The notes under the pieces were generated by a model, which saw only the letters and a program-made list of their open reading frames with translations, was not told the DNA's origin and did no database searches. Shown here piece after piece: positions 19,504 through 28,545 of a stretch of DNA of 64,000 nt (its first letter is position 1; each line of letters begins with the position of its first letter). A program made the translations under genes and the position numbers. Source of the stretch: an uncultured Acidobacteriota bacterium (GTDB lineage: Bacteria > Acidobacteriota > Vicinamibacteria > Marinacidobacterales > SMYC01); the NCBI GenBank assembly GCA_964553925.1, contig CAZKNR010000128.1, positions 2,017 through 66,016 of the forward strand, written 5' to 3'.

Positions 19504-20384
19504 GCGGCTACGCGGACGAGCTCGTCCAGTTCCTCGAGGCGCTCGGGCAAAGGCTCTCGTGGATCGCGGTCCTCGATATCGCCATCGTCAGCTATCTCGT
19601 CTACAAGCTCCTCCAGCTCATCCGCGGAAGCCGCGCCTTCCAGATGGTCGTGGGGACAGTCGTGCTCGTGGCCTTCTTCTTCGCCTCGCAGTGGGCGGAG
19701 CTTTCGACCGTCAACTGGATCCTCCAAAAATCGCTCGCTTACATCGGCTTCGCCATCATCGTGCTCTACCAGCAGGAGCTCCGTAAGGCGCTCGCTTCGA
19801 TCGGGCAAGCGCCGCTCTTCCGGTTCCTGAATCCTTCGTCGAGCCAGGAAACGCTCGATGAAATCGCGTTCGCGGTTTCGAGCCTCGCGCAGCGGCGCAT
19901 GGGGGCCATCGTCGTCCTCGAGCGCGACATCGGGCTCCGGGGATACGTCGAGGGCGGCATCCTTCTGGATGCCGTCGTCAATTACGACCTGCTGCTTTCG
20001 ATCTTCAATCCCAAGTCTCCTCTCCACGACGGCGCTGTCATCATCCAGGGAGATCGAATCGCCGCCGCGGCGTCGTTTCTCCCCATCTCCATCAACCCCC
20101 AGCTCTCGAAGGAGCTCGGCACCCGGCACCGGGCGGCGATCGGAATCACCGAGGACACCGACGCCGTCGCCATCGTGGTCTCGGAGGAAACGGGGATGGT
20201 GAGCCTGGTGGAAGACGGTGCCATGGTCTCCGGTCTCGAGGCGGAGTCCTTCCGATCGCGGCTCAAGGAGGCCATGGGGCAGGCGGAGGCGCCGGTTGCG
20301 GCTCGCGAGTCCGCGGAAGCGCCAAAAACAGCTGGAGAAGCCGCGGCCGAAGACACCGCGGAGGCGAGCTTGGGGAAGCGATGA
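19500..20384 (+). CDS. cdaA: Diadenylate cyclase CdaA (membrane-anchored DAC domain)
   Basis: Three N-terminal TM segments, GAIVVLERD, SPLHDGAVII, LGTRHRAAIGITEDTDAVAIVVSEETG. ATGA overlap with folP. Confidence 0.9.
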   Translation: MSGYADELVQFLEALGQRLSWIAVLDIAIVSYLVYKLLQLIRGSRAFQMVVGTVVLVAFFFASQWAELSTVNWILQKSLAYIGFAIIVLYQQELRKALASIGQAPLFRFLNPSSSQETLDEIAFAVSSLAQRRMGAIVVLERDIGLRGYVEGGILLDAVVNYDLLLSIFNPKSPLHDGAVIIQGDRIAAAASFLPISINPQLSKELGTRHRAAIGITEDTDAVAIVVSEETGMVSLVEDGAMVSGLEAESFRSRLKEAMGQAEAPVAARESAEAPKTAGEAAAEDTAEASLGKR

Positions 20385-21283
20385 GAGAGCATCTGGGTCA
20401 GAAGGCGATCTCGCTTTTTCTGGGCTTTTCCCTGTGGTACGCGGTGGCGCGCGAGCAGGAGGCGGAGTTCTCGCTCTCCATTCCCATCGAGCTCCGGGAC
20501 CTCCCCGAGGGGCTCGAGGTGATCGAAGAGTCCGTGCAACAGGCCGAGGTCCGGCTTCGCGGCCCCGCGGAGATTCTCCGCCGGCTCACCCCAAAGGACG
20601 TCAACATCGGGGTCGACCTCGAGGATGCCGAGCCGGGAGAGCGGATCGCCTATCTCACCCCGCGAGAGGTCGGGGCGCCGTTCGGAGCCAGGGTGATGAG
20701 AGTCACTCCGACCAGCGTCCGGGTCGTGCTCGATCGCACCGTGGAGAGGACCGTCGAGGTGATTCCCCGGGTCGTAGGCTCGCCCGCCGAAGGCTTCGAG
20801 CTCTACCAAATCGATCTCTCGCCGGAAACAATCGACGTCGTAGGCCCCGCCTCCCACGTTTCCGGCCTCGAGCAAGTGACGACCGAGCCGGTCTCCGTGG
20901 ACGGGCTTCGAGAGCCTTACTCCCGTCTGGTGCGGGTCGAGCTCGACCCGCTGGTGAGGATCGAACGGGAGCTGAACGTCGCCCTCACCCTCGAGGTACG
21001 CGAGGAGCACCGGCGCCGCGAGCTCTCGGGGGTGGCCGTAAGGAGCCTTCCGGAAGACAAAGCCGCCAGACTCACGCCGGGCACGGTCAAGGTCCGGCTC
21101 GAGGGCCCGAAGAGCCTCGTCGACCAGCTCCGGGCCGAGGACCTTCTCGCCCAAGTTCAGCTCTCGGATCTCCCGCCCGGACGACACTCCGTGGCTCCGG
21201 CCATCGTCTTCTCTTCTCCCGAAGCGAGCTCGATCGAGATTCTCTCGATCGAGCCCGAACAGATTCGAGTTCTCATACAATGA
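20381..21283 (+). CDS. cdaR: YbbR-domain protein (CdaA regulator CdaR)
   Basis: N-terminal TM, repeated beta-rich YbbR-like modules, ATGA overlap with cdaA, upstream of glmM. Confidence 0.7.
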   Translation: MREHLGQKAISLFLGFSLWYAVAREQEAEFSLSIPIELRDLPEGLEVIEESVQQAEVRLRGPAEILRRLTPKDVNIGVDLEDAEPGERIAYLTPREVGAPFGARVMRVTPTSVRVVLDRTVERTVEVIPRVVGSPAEGFELYQIDLSPETIDVVGPASHVSGLEQVTTEPVSVDGLREPYSRLVRVELDPLVRIERELNVALTLEVREEHRRRELSGVAVRSLPEDKAARLTPGTVKVRLEGPKSLVDQLRAEDLLAQVQLSDLPPGRHSVAPAIVFSSPEASSIEILSIEPEQIRVLIQ

Positions 21284-21304
21284 AACAATGGGTTTGGAGC
21301 AAGT

Positions 21305-21412
21305 GCAAGAAAGGGGGATGGGGAGATGGGAGGAGATAGGGAGATCAATCAGGACCGATCGGACCAATTTATCCCCCTATCTCCTCCTGTCCCCATATCC
21401 CCCTTGTATTGG
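21305..21412. repeat. G-rich palindromic intergenic element, copy A (arms of about 40 nt, about 25-nt loop)
   Basis: Left arm GCAAGAAAGGGGGATGGGGAGATGGGAGGAGATAGGGAGAT. Right arm ATCCCCCTATCTCCTCCTGTCCCCATATCCCCCTTGTATTG, an imperfect reverse complement of the left arm. Related to 29892-29992. Confidence 0.8.
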
Positions 21413-21446
21413 ATTTCCTTAGCGTAATTGAGGAGCGAAGTACTAA

Positions 21447-22799
21447 GTGAAGTTGTTTGGAACCGACGGAATTCGCGGCATTGCCTACGAGCCTCCTCTC
21501 GACCGCGCCACAGTGACCCGGATCGGTCTCGCCCTCGCGCGGAATCTCGACGCTCGTAGCCCGAGAGTGCTCCTCGGCCGCGATACTCGCCGGAGCGGAC
21601 CCGATCTGGAGCGGTGGCTCATGAGCGGGCTCGCGAAAGGCGGCGCCACTGCCGAGTCGGCGGGAGTGATCACGACGCCGGCCGTCGCTTTTCTCACCCG
21701 GAGCGAAGGGTTCGACGCGGGTGTCGTGCTCTCCGCTTCGCACAATCCGTATCGCGACAACGGCATCAAAGTGTTCACCGCGGCGGGGTCGAAATCGAGT
21801 GCGGATCTCGAGGCCCGGATCGCTCGCGACGTCGCCCGAGTGGAAAACGTTCCCGAGGCCGCGGAGACCCTCGAGACAAGCTCCGCCATCTCGGATCCCG
21901 ACCCAAGGTTCGAGGAGCTCTACCTCGACCATCTGCTCGCGGCCGTCCCTCACGAAGCCAGGGCGCGGCTCCCGAAGAAGGAGATCGCGCTCGACTGCGC
22001 GAACGGAGCCGGATACCGTGTGGGCCCGCGGCTCCTGAGAGAGCTCGGGCTCGTGGTCCATCCGCTCTTCGCGGAACCGAACGGGGAGAACATCAACCAA
22101 CAGTGCGGCTCGACCTCTATGAGCGCCGTAAGCTCCGCGGTGGTCGAGAGGGGATGCGATCTCGGGGCCGCCCTCGACGGCGACGGAGATCGCCTCCTGA
22201 TGGTCGACGCAAGCGGCCGGGTGATCGACGGCGACGCGCTCCTCCTTCTTTGCGCCCGGCGCTTGAGGAAGGAAGGACGCGCCCGAGCCGTCGTGGCCAC
22301 GGTGATGAGCAACATGGCTCTCGAGCGGGCCCTCGCCGAGGAAGGGATGGAGCTCTATCGCGCCCCGGTCGGCGACAAGTTCGTCGCCCAGGAAATGGCG
22401 GACCGTAATATCATCCTGGGCGGTGAGCAGTCGGGACACATCATCTTCGGCGACTACGGCTCGACGGGCGACGGTTTGCTGACACTCCTCCAGGTGTTGC
22501 GCGTGCTGGCCCTCGAGGGCCGGAGCCTCGGCGAGCTCGGGCGACTCGATCCGTTTCCCCAGGTGCTTCTGAACGTACGGGTGAAAGAGCGACCCGAGGT
22601 GAGGGACGTGCCGGCGCTCGCGCGGGCAATCGACGAAGCCGAAAGAAGGCTCGGAAGCCGCGGCCGGGTGCTGGTGCGTTACTCGGGCACCGAGCCCTTG
22701 CTGCGCATCATGATGGAGGGGCCCGAGCGGCCCGAGATCGAATCCCTGGCGAAGAGCGTCGAGGACGCCGCGAGGGCCTCGATCGGGGAGACGGCATGA
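21447..22799 (+). CDS. glmM: Phosphoglucosamine mutase
   Basis: (V)KLFGTDGIRG, VLSASHNPYRDNGIKVF, ALDGDGDRL, GGEQSGHI. GTG start. Confidence 0.95.
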   Translation: MKLFGTDGIRGIAYEPPLDRATVTRIGLALARNLDARSPRVLLGRDTRRSGPDLERWLMSGLAKGGATAESAGVITTPAVAFLTRSEGFDAGVVLSASHNPYRDNGIKVFTAAGSKSSADLEARIARDVARVENVPEAAETLETSSAISDPDPRFEELYLDHLLAAVPHEARARLPKKEIALDCANGAGYRVGPRLLRELGLVVHPLFAEPNGENINQQCGSTSMSAVSSAVVERGCDLGAALDGDGDRLLMVDASGRVIDGDALLLLCARRLRKEGRARAVVATVMSNMALERALAEEGMELYRAPVGDKFVAQEMADRNIILGGEQSGHIIFGDYGSTGDGLLTLLQVLRVLALEGRSLGELGRLDPFPQVLLNVRVKERPEVRDVPALARAIDEAERRLGSRGRVLVRYSGTEPLLRIMMEGPERPEIESLAKSVEDAARASIGETA

Positions 22800-23542
22800 T
22801 CGAGCTCGGAGTCACGCTCAACGCCGTAGCGCTTCTCCGCGAGTCCCGGAAGACCAGGGGCCCGGATCCGGTGTTCGCCGCGTTCCTGGCGGAACAGGCA
22901 GGAGCTTCCGCGATCAACGTTCAGCTCAGGAGCGATCGGCGCCACATCCAGGAGCGGGACGTGCGTCTTCTGCGGGAGTCCGTGGGGGTGGAGCTCAACC
23001 TGGCGATTACGCCGAGCCAGGAGATGATTCGATTCGCCCTCACCGCGAAGCCGGATCGTGCGACCTTCATCCCCGAGAGGCTCGAGGCGGCGGGCGGCGG
23101 CGGATTGGACGTGCTCCTCAACACCCCTCAGCTCAAGGAGCGGATGCGGGAGATGCGAGAGAGCTCCATTCTCCCGGGAATCCTCATCGACCCCTCGATC
23201 GACCAGGTCAAGGCCGCGCATCAGGTGGGGGCCGCGGGGATTACCATCGCGACCGAGGCCTTCGCCGCGGCAAGCGACCAGGTGGGTCTCGCGCGCGACC
23301 GTGAGGCCATCGACCGGGAGCTTCAGAAGCTCTCGGATTGCGCCCGCCTCGGTTCCAAGCTGGATCTCCACGTCAGTGTCAGCCACGGACTGAACTTGCG
23401 TAAAGCGCGCCTTTTGCTGGACGTCCCGGGCCTCGCCCGGGTCGACGCCGGTCATGCCCTGGTTTCGAGAGCGGTCATGATCGGGTTTGCCGCCGCCGTC
23501 GAGGAGTGGGTCGAGCTTCTTCAAGGGCGGCCCAAAAATTGA
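22796..23542 (+). CDS. pdxJ: Pyridoxine 5'-phosphate synthase
   Basis: LGVTLNAVALLRESR, INVQLRSDRRHIQERDV, ELNLAITP, ATFIPE, SHGLNL. ATGA overlap with glmM. Confidence 0.9.
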   Translation: MIELGVTLNAVALLRESRKTRGPDPVFAAFLAEQAGASAINVQLRSDRRHIQERDVRLLRESVGVELNLAITPSQEMIRFALTAKPDRATFIPERLEAAGGGGLDVLLNTPQLKERMREMRESSILPGILIDPSIDQVKAAHQVGAAGITIATEAFAAASDQVGLARDREAIDRELQKLSDCARLGSKLDLHVSVSHGLNLRKARLLLDVPGLARVDAGHALVSRAVMIGFAAAVEEWVELLQGRPKN

Positions 23543-23567
23543 CGGTCTCGCATTTCTTTGCTAAATT
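23539..23567 (+). promoter_or_regulatory. Sigma70-like promoter (TTGACG-N17-TAAATT) upstream of lepB
   Basis: Seen directly; overlaps the pdxJ stop. AAGGA SD lies before TTG 23611. Confidence 0.4.
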
Positions 23568-23610
23568 CAATGACTTAGGGGGCTTCTGCGCCTCGAAGGA
23601 TGACGTCTAG

Positions 23611-24339
23611 TTGAGCTCCAAACAGAAGCAATCTGAGGCCCCGGACGACAAGTCCGACAAGTCCACGGTCCGGGAGTACTTCGAGTCGATCTGCGTCGCT
23701 GTGATCCTCGCTCTCTTCGTGCGAACGTTCGTCTTCCAGGCGTTCAAGATTCCGACTGGATCGATGGAGGAGAACCTCCTCGTCGGGGACCATCTCATCG
23801 TCAACAAGATGCTCTACGCCCCTACGGCGACGGGACTCGAGCAGAAGCTCATGCCGGTCAGGAAAGTGAAGCGCAAGGACGTCGTGGTCTTCAAGTTCCC
23901 GAACGAGCCCGAGCGCGATTTCATCAAGCGGGTGGTCGCTCTTCCGGGAGAGCGCATCCGCATCGAGAACAAGAAGGTCTTCATCGACGGCGAGCCCCTG
24001 GACGAGCCCTACGCGCATTTCCTCGAGGTTCCGGGCACGGACGAGAACGTCTACTCCGACCCACGGGGAGACAACATGCACGAAATCGTCGTCCCTGAAG
24101 GGCACTACTTCGTCATGGGTGACAATCGCGACAACAGTCACGACAGCCGGTTCTGGGGCACCATGCCCGGAGACCTGCTCAAGGGGCGCGCGCTCATGAT
24201 CTACTGGTCCTATAACGCGCCGGATGGAAAAGACGCTTACTTCAAGGAAGGCTGGGAGCGGGCCAAGGAAGTCCTGTCGGTCATTTGGTATTTCCGCACC
24301 CACACCCGCTGGAGTCGATTCTTTCATCTCGTGCGCTGA
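23611..24339 (+). CDS. lepB: Signal peptidase I
   Basis: IPTGSMEENLLVGDHLIVNK, FIKRVVALPGERIRI, YFVMGDNRDNSHDSRFWG. TTG start. Confidence 0.9.
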   Translation: MSSKQKQSEAPDDKSDKSTVREYFESICVAVILALFVRTFVFQAFKIPTGSMEENLLVGDHLIVNKMLYAPTATGLEQKLMPVRKVKRKDVVVFKFPNEPERDFIKRVVALPGERIRIENKKVFIDGEPLDEPYAHFLEVPGTDENVYSDPRGDNMHEIVVPEGHYFVMGDNRDNSHDSRFWGTMPGDLLKGRALMIYWSYNAPDGKDAYFKEGWERAKEVLSVIWYFRTHTRWSRFFHLVR

Positions 24340-24385
24340 CGGACCCATCTATGGGTGATGCAAAGCCTTCTCTGTACCAGGAGGA

Positions 24386-24757
24386 ATGTCGATGAGAAGC
24401 ATGAAAGGTGAGCGCGGCGCGATCACAATGGGCCTGGTCGTGGCGATTTTTATCGCCCTGTTTGCCGCCTACGAAGCGAAACAGTTCGGCCCAATCCTCC
24501 TGAGACAGTTTCAGTTCCAGGATTTCGCCATGGAGGCGGCGAAGTTCGGGGTGTCGAAGGATGCAAACGCCATCGCCAGCGAAATAGCATCCAAGGCGGC
24601 CGAGCTCCGATTACCCATCACTAAAGAGATGGTCAAAGTGGCGAAGTCGGGCACCCATGTCCGGATCCAGACGGTCTACGAGCTTTCCGTCGAATGGCTG
24701 CCCGGAAAACCCTACAAGTGGAAGGTGACCGTGGACGAGGAGAGCCAGATCTTCTAA
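24386..24757 (+). CDS. Small membrane-anchored protein, DUF4845-like (often found after lepB)
   Basis: N-terminal KGERGAITMGLVVAIFIALFAAY anchor plus a soluble part of about 90 aa. The architecture and position resemble DUF4845, from memory only. Confidence 0.4.
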   Translation: MSMRSMKGERGAITMGLVVAIFIALFAAYEAKQFGPILLRQFQFQDFAMEAAKFGVSKDANAIASEIASKAAELRLPITKEMVKVAKSGTHVRIQTVYELSVEWLPGKPYKWKVTVDEESQIF

Positions 24758-24762
24758 CTCAA

Positions 24763-25284
24763 CTAAGCCGGGCTTTTGGAGCCGCCGCCGTCCGCGCGGC
24801 GCTTGAGAAACGACACCTTCTCGCGCTCGGCCTCGGTCTCGCTCATCAACTGAATCAGGTTGCGCAGGTTCGCGATGGCCGCGAGGATCGAGTTCAGGAC
24901 TTGCCGTTTTTGCATCTTGAGCTCGAGGATGTCCTTCTCGATCTCGTGAGCTCGTGACTGCGCCGCCTCGACGAGACGGTCGGCGGCGAGCTCGGCCTCC
25001 TTGAGAAGCATCTGCGACTGCTTCCTGGCATTCTCTTTCAGCTCTTCCGAGGTTCGCTGGGCGGCGACCAGCGTGTTCTTCAGAATTTCCTCGCGCTGGT
25101 GATGCTCGGAGAGAAGTGCCGTCAGACGCCGCACTTCCTCCGACATTTTCTCGTTGTCGGAGCGCAAGTGCTCCATCTCCTCCGAGACGGCGTTGAGGAA
25201 CATCCGCACTTCCGATCCGTCGAGACCGCGAAAGGTCCGTTGCTGGAACTCGTGCCGCTGGATGTCTAGTGGGGTTAGTTTCAT
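24763..25284 (-). CDS. divIVA: DivIVA-domain protein
   Basis: MKLTPLDIQRHEFQQRTFRGLDGSEVRMFL followed by coiled coil. Downstream of yggS. Confidence 0.85.
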   Translation of the reverse strand: MKLTPLDIQRHEFQQRTFRGLDGSEVRMFLNAVSEEMEHLRSDNEKMSEEVRRLTALLSEHHQREEILKNTLVAAQRTSEELKENARKQSQMLLKEAELAADRLVEAAQSRAHEIEKDILELKMQKRQVLNSILAAIANLRNLIQLMSETEAEREKVSFLKRRADGGGSKSPA

Positions 25285-25293
25285 CCTTACTCC

Positions 25294-26040
25294 TTATGGT
25301 CCGAATCTTGACGATACCGTCGGCGCCAGGGATTCACCCGCCGCGGAACGAGGGCCGAACAGCGCCGTCCCGACTCGAATGAACGTCGCGCCCTCTTCGA
25401 TGGCGATCTCGAAATCGTGGCTCATTCCCATGGAGAGCTCCCGTCCCGCGAGACCTTGGCCGAAGGCCTCGGCGCCGAGCTCCCGGAGACGGCGAAAGTA
25501 CGGCCGAACGGCTTCGGCGTCGGGCACGAACGGCGGAAGCACCATCAACCCGTCGACCCTGAGGCGCGGAAGCCCCGTCAGGCTCTCGAGCGTGGCAAGG
25601 AGCTCCTTCTCCGGGAGGCCGAACTTCGTAGGCTCAGAGGCGAGATCCACCTGGACCAGCACAGGCTGCACTTTGCCGATTTCCTCGGCGGCACGATCGA
25701 TCTTGTGGCCGAGCTCGACGCTGTCGAGGGAGTGGATCCGGTCGAAAAGGGCGACCGCCTTCTTCACCTTGTTCTTTTGAAGGTGCCCCACCAGATGCCA
25801 CTTGGGAGAGCTCCCATCGCGGGCCTCGAGTGCTTCGAGCGACGGGATCTTGCCTTCCGCCTCTTGCACCCGGTTCTCTCCAAGGTCGGTGACTCCCGCC
25901 TCGACCACGGTAGTCACTTCCTCGACGGTGCGGGTCTTCGTCACCGCGACCAGGGTGACGTCGCCGGGGCGTCTCCCCGCCCGGCGGCAGGCGCTTTCCA
26001 TCCGATCGCGGATTCTGGCGAGACGAGAGGGGATCTCCAT
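25294..26040 (-). CDS. yggS: YggS-family pyridoxal-phosphate homeostasis protein
   Basis: VTLVAVTKTRTVEEV, GENRVQEA, WHLVGHLQKNKVKKAV, SMGMSHDFEIAIEEGATFIRVGTALFG. Confidence 0.9.
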   Translation of the reverse strand: MEIPSRLARIRDRMESACRRAGRRPGDVTLVAVTKTRTVEEVTTVVEAGVTDLGENRVQEAEGKIPSLEALEARDGSSPKWHLVGHLQKNKVKKAVALFDRIHSLDSVELGHKIDRAAEEIGKVQPVLVQVDLASEPTKFGLPEKELLATLESLTGLPRLRVDGLMVLPPFVPDAEAVRPYFRRLRELGAEAFGQGLAGRELSMGMSHDFEIAIEEGATFIRVGTALFGPRSAAGESLAPTVSSRFGP

Positions 26041-26105
26041 GTCAAAAACGTCAAAGACGGCGGTCGTTGTTCCGAGTGTCCGGCTAAAAGCGTGTGAGTT
26101 CAGCT

Positions 26106-26134
26106 ATTATACGCGCACGAACTTCGCCGTGCAA
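26106..26134 (-). promoter_or_regulatory. Sigma70-like promoter (TTGCAC-N17-TATAAT) for yggS-divIVA
   Basis: Seen directly on the minus strand, about 65 nt upstream of ATG 26040 and just downstream of the queD stop. Confidence 0.5.
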
Positions 26135-26139
26135 AATAC

Positions 26140-26517
26140 TCACATCTCGCCATAGGAGGCGCTGTAAGTCGGCGCCTCCCATACCCGGACCCGTCGCAGC
26201 GTAACTTCCCGGGGAAGCCTCTTTAGGAGCTCTCCATGGAAGAAGCGCGCGAGGTTTTCCGTCGTCGGGTTTTCACGATCGAACGGAGGGATCTCGTTGA
26301 TGTGGCGGTGGTCGTAAGGTGCTATGACCTCTTTCAGCTTGGCCTCGAGCTCGAGGAAATCCAGCACCAGGCCGGCATCGGGAAGCCCCTCGGCGGCGAC
26401 GAACGCCTCCACCCGGAAGTTGTGCCCATGGAGGGGCTCCAGATCGGCCTTGTATCCGCGAAGCTGGTGGGAAGCGGCGAATGTGGTCTCCGCCGAAATC
26501 TCGTAGCGCAGTGTCAT
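26140..26517 (-). CDS. queD: 6-carboxy-5,6,7,8-tetrahydropterin synthase (QueD/PTPS family)
   Basis: FAASHQL...HGHNFRVE...DHRHINE...ENLARF...VRVWE. Confidence 0.85.
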   Translation of the reverse strand: MTLRYEISAETTFAASHQLRGYKADLEPLHGHNFRVEAFVAAEGLPDAGLVLDFLELEAKLKEVIAPYDHRHINEIPPFDRENPTTENLARFFHGELLKRLPREVTLRRVRVWEAPTYSASYGEM

Positions 26518-28499
26518 GTCGTCAATCCGAAAAATCTCTCGACCTCGTCCCGATCGTGGGTGAGGCGATAGGGAGGAAGGCTGGAAAAGAAGCGCTTCCC
26601 ATAGGCCATCGTGGAAAGCCGGCTGTCGAGAACCGCCACCACACCCCGATCGGACTTCGATCGGATGAGCCGGCCGAGTCCCTGCTTCAGGGTGAGAACG
26701 GCCATCGGCACCTGGTACTCCGCGAAGGCGTTGCCGCCGGTGCCCGTGACGAAGTCCATCCGCGCCGATACCAGCGGGTCGGAGGGGACGGCGAAAGGGA
26801 GCTTGTCGATCACCACCAACGAGAGCTGCTCGCCCATCACGTCCACCCCCTCCCAGAAGCTCGAAGTCGCGAGGAGGACCGCGCCCGGAGTCTCGCGGAA
26901 GGAGTCGAGGATCTCTCCCCGCGACGCCTCTCCCTGCACGAACAGCGGAAACGGCAGATCCGGCTCGAGCTCCTCCCGCACCGCGTGCAGGTTGGCAAAG
27001 CTCGTAAAGAGAAGGAAGGCCCGGCCGCGGCTAAGGTCGAGAAGGAGCCGGATCTCGTCCGCGGCGCTTTTCGTGAACCCCGGGTCTTTCGGCGGGGGAA
27101 GATGACGGGGGACGTAGAACAGGGCCTGCGAGCGGTAATCGAAGGGAGAAGGCAAAAGACGACCCCGGCCGGTCTCGACCCCGAGTCGTGAAGAAACATA
27201 GTCGAAGGATTCGTCGACCGCGAGCGTCGCCGAGGTCAGGACCACGGAGCGCTTCCGGTCGAGAAGCATGCTCCGCACCATGGGCGCGACGCGGATGGGC
27301 GACGAGCGGAGCGCGACCGACCGCTCGCGCCTCTCGCACCACGAGACCGCTTCGGGATCGGCGGCGCCCACGATCACCTGGAGATCGATGTCGATCTCCC
27401 CCGCCCGACGCGAGAGGGCGACTGTGCTGTCGTCCGGATCGGGAATCCCCTCGAGCCCCTCCCGGATCCGCGCAAGCTCCCGGCGAAAGCGGTCGATGGC
27501 GTGTTCTTGCTCGAGAGTGACGCTCTTCGGGCGGAGGCGATACCGGTCTTCCTTGCCGTCCCTCGGCCGGTACGACTGGAAGAGCTCCTGGCCCGCCCCT
27601 CGGAGCCGCTTGAGCTCGGAGACTGCCCGATTCGCTCTCGATCTCTCTTTGCGGCTGTTCCAGGCTTTTTCCGTGTCCCCTACGAGTTCTTCCACCGTCG
27701 CGCTCGACACGGTGAGCCCGAAGTTCGCCGTGGCCACGTCTTCGAGCTGGTGCGCCTCGTCGAGCACGAGATGATCGTAATCGGGAATGACCTCGCCGTA
27801 GGACCCCTGCCGCACCACCAGATCGGCGAACAGAAGGTGGTGGTTCACGACGATGATCTCGCTCTCCGCCGCCCGTTGCCGGATCTTCGTCACGTAGCAA
27901 CGGTCGAAGTCCGGGCATTCCTTCCCGGTGCAGTTCTCGCTGCGCGCCGAGATGCCTTTCCAGAAATCGAGCTTCTCGGGAACGCCAGGGATCTCGGAGC
28001 GATCCCCGGTCTTCGTCATCTGGCTCCACCGCTGAAGGGTCTCGAAATGAGAGGCTTCCTCGAAGAAGCGAAACCCGGGCTGCAGCTGGAACTGGGCGAA
28101 CCGCGCGAGGCAGAGGTAGTTCCCACGGCCCTTCATCAGGCAGGCGGTGAACGGCACGTTGAGGGCCTTCCGCACCAGCGGGATGTCCTTGTAGAAGAGC
28201 TGCTCCTGGAGGTTTTTCGTCCCGGTCGAGATGACGACTCTCTGCCCCGAGAGGATGGCGGGGATGAGATAGGCGAGGGTCTTGCCCGTCCCCGTTCCCG
28301 CCTCGACCATGAGCTCGCCCCCCTCGCGCAGGACGCCGGCCACGGCGGCGGCCATCTCCTGCTGGGCCTCGCGATGCTCGAAGCCCGGAAGGCTCAGGGC
28401 GAAGGGGCCGCTCGGGCCGAGAATCTCCCTCACCCGCTCGGGGTCGAGGGCGTCGAGTCCCCGCTCGACCCCGTTGAGACTTTCGCTTCGCGCCATCAA
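26514..28499 (-). CDS. dinG: ATP-dependent DNA helicase, DinG/XPD-like (DEAH box, probable Fe-S domain)
   Basis: EAGTGTGKTLAYLIP, Cys-rich insert (CLMKGRGNYLC...NCTGKECPDFDRC), VLDEAHQLED, LLATSSFWEGVD. ATGA overlap with queD. Confidence 0.85.
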   Translation of the reverse strand: MMARSESLNGVERGLDALDPERVREILGPSGPFALSLPGFEHREAQQEMAAAVAGVLREGGELMVEAGTGTGKTLAYLIPAILSGQRVVISTGTKNLQEQLFYKDIPLVRKALNVPFTACLMKGRGNYLCLARFAQFQLQPGFRFFEEASHFETLQRWSQMTKTGDRSEIPGVPEKLDFWKGISARSENCTGKECPDFDRCYVTKIRQRAAESEIIVVNHHLLFADLVVRQGSYGEVIPDYDHLVLDEAHQLEDVATANFGLTVSSATVEELVGDTEKAWNSRKERSRANRAVSELKRLRGAGQELFQSYRPRDGKEDRYRLRPKSVTLEQEHAIDRFRRELARIREGLEGIPDPDDSTVALSRRAGEIDIDLQVIVGAADPEAVSWCERRERSVALRSSPIRVAPMVRSMLLDRKRSVVLTSATLAVDESFDYVSSRLGVETGRGRLLPSPFDYRSQALFYVPRHLPPPKDPGFTKSAADEIRLLLDLSRGRAFLLFTSFANLHAVREELEPDLPFPLFVQGEASRGEILDSFRETPGAVLLATSSFWEGVDVMGEQLSLVVIDKLPFAVPSDPLVSARMDFVTGTGGNAFAEYQVPMAVLTLKQGLGRLIRSKSDRGVVAVLDSRLSTMAYGKRFFSSLPPYRLTHDRDEVERFFGLTT

Positions 28500-28545
28500 A
28501 GGACCCTGACCAATGCAGGACGAGATCGGGGCAGACTTCCCGCCT

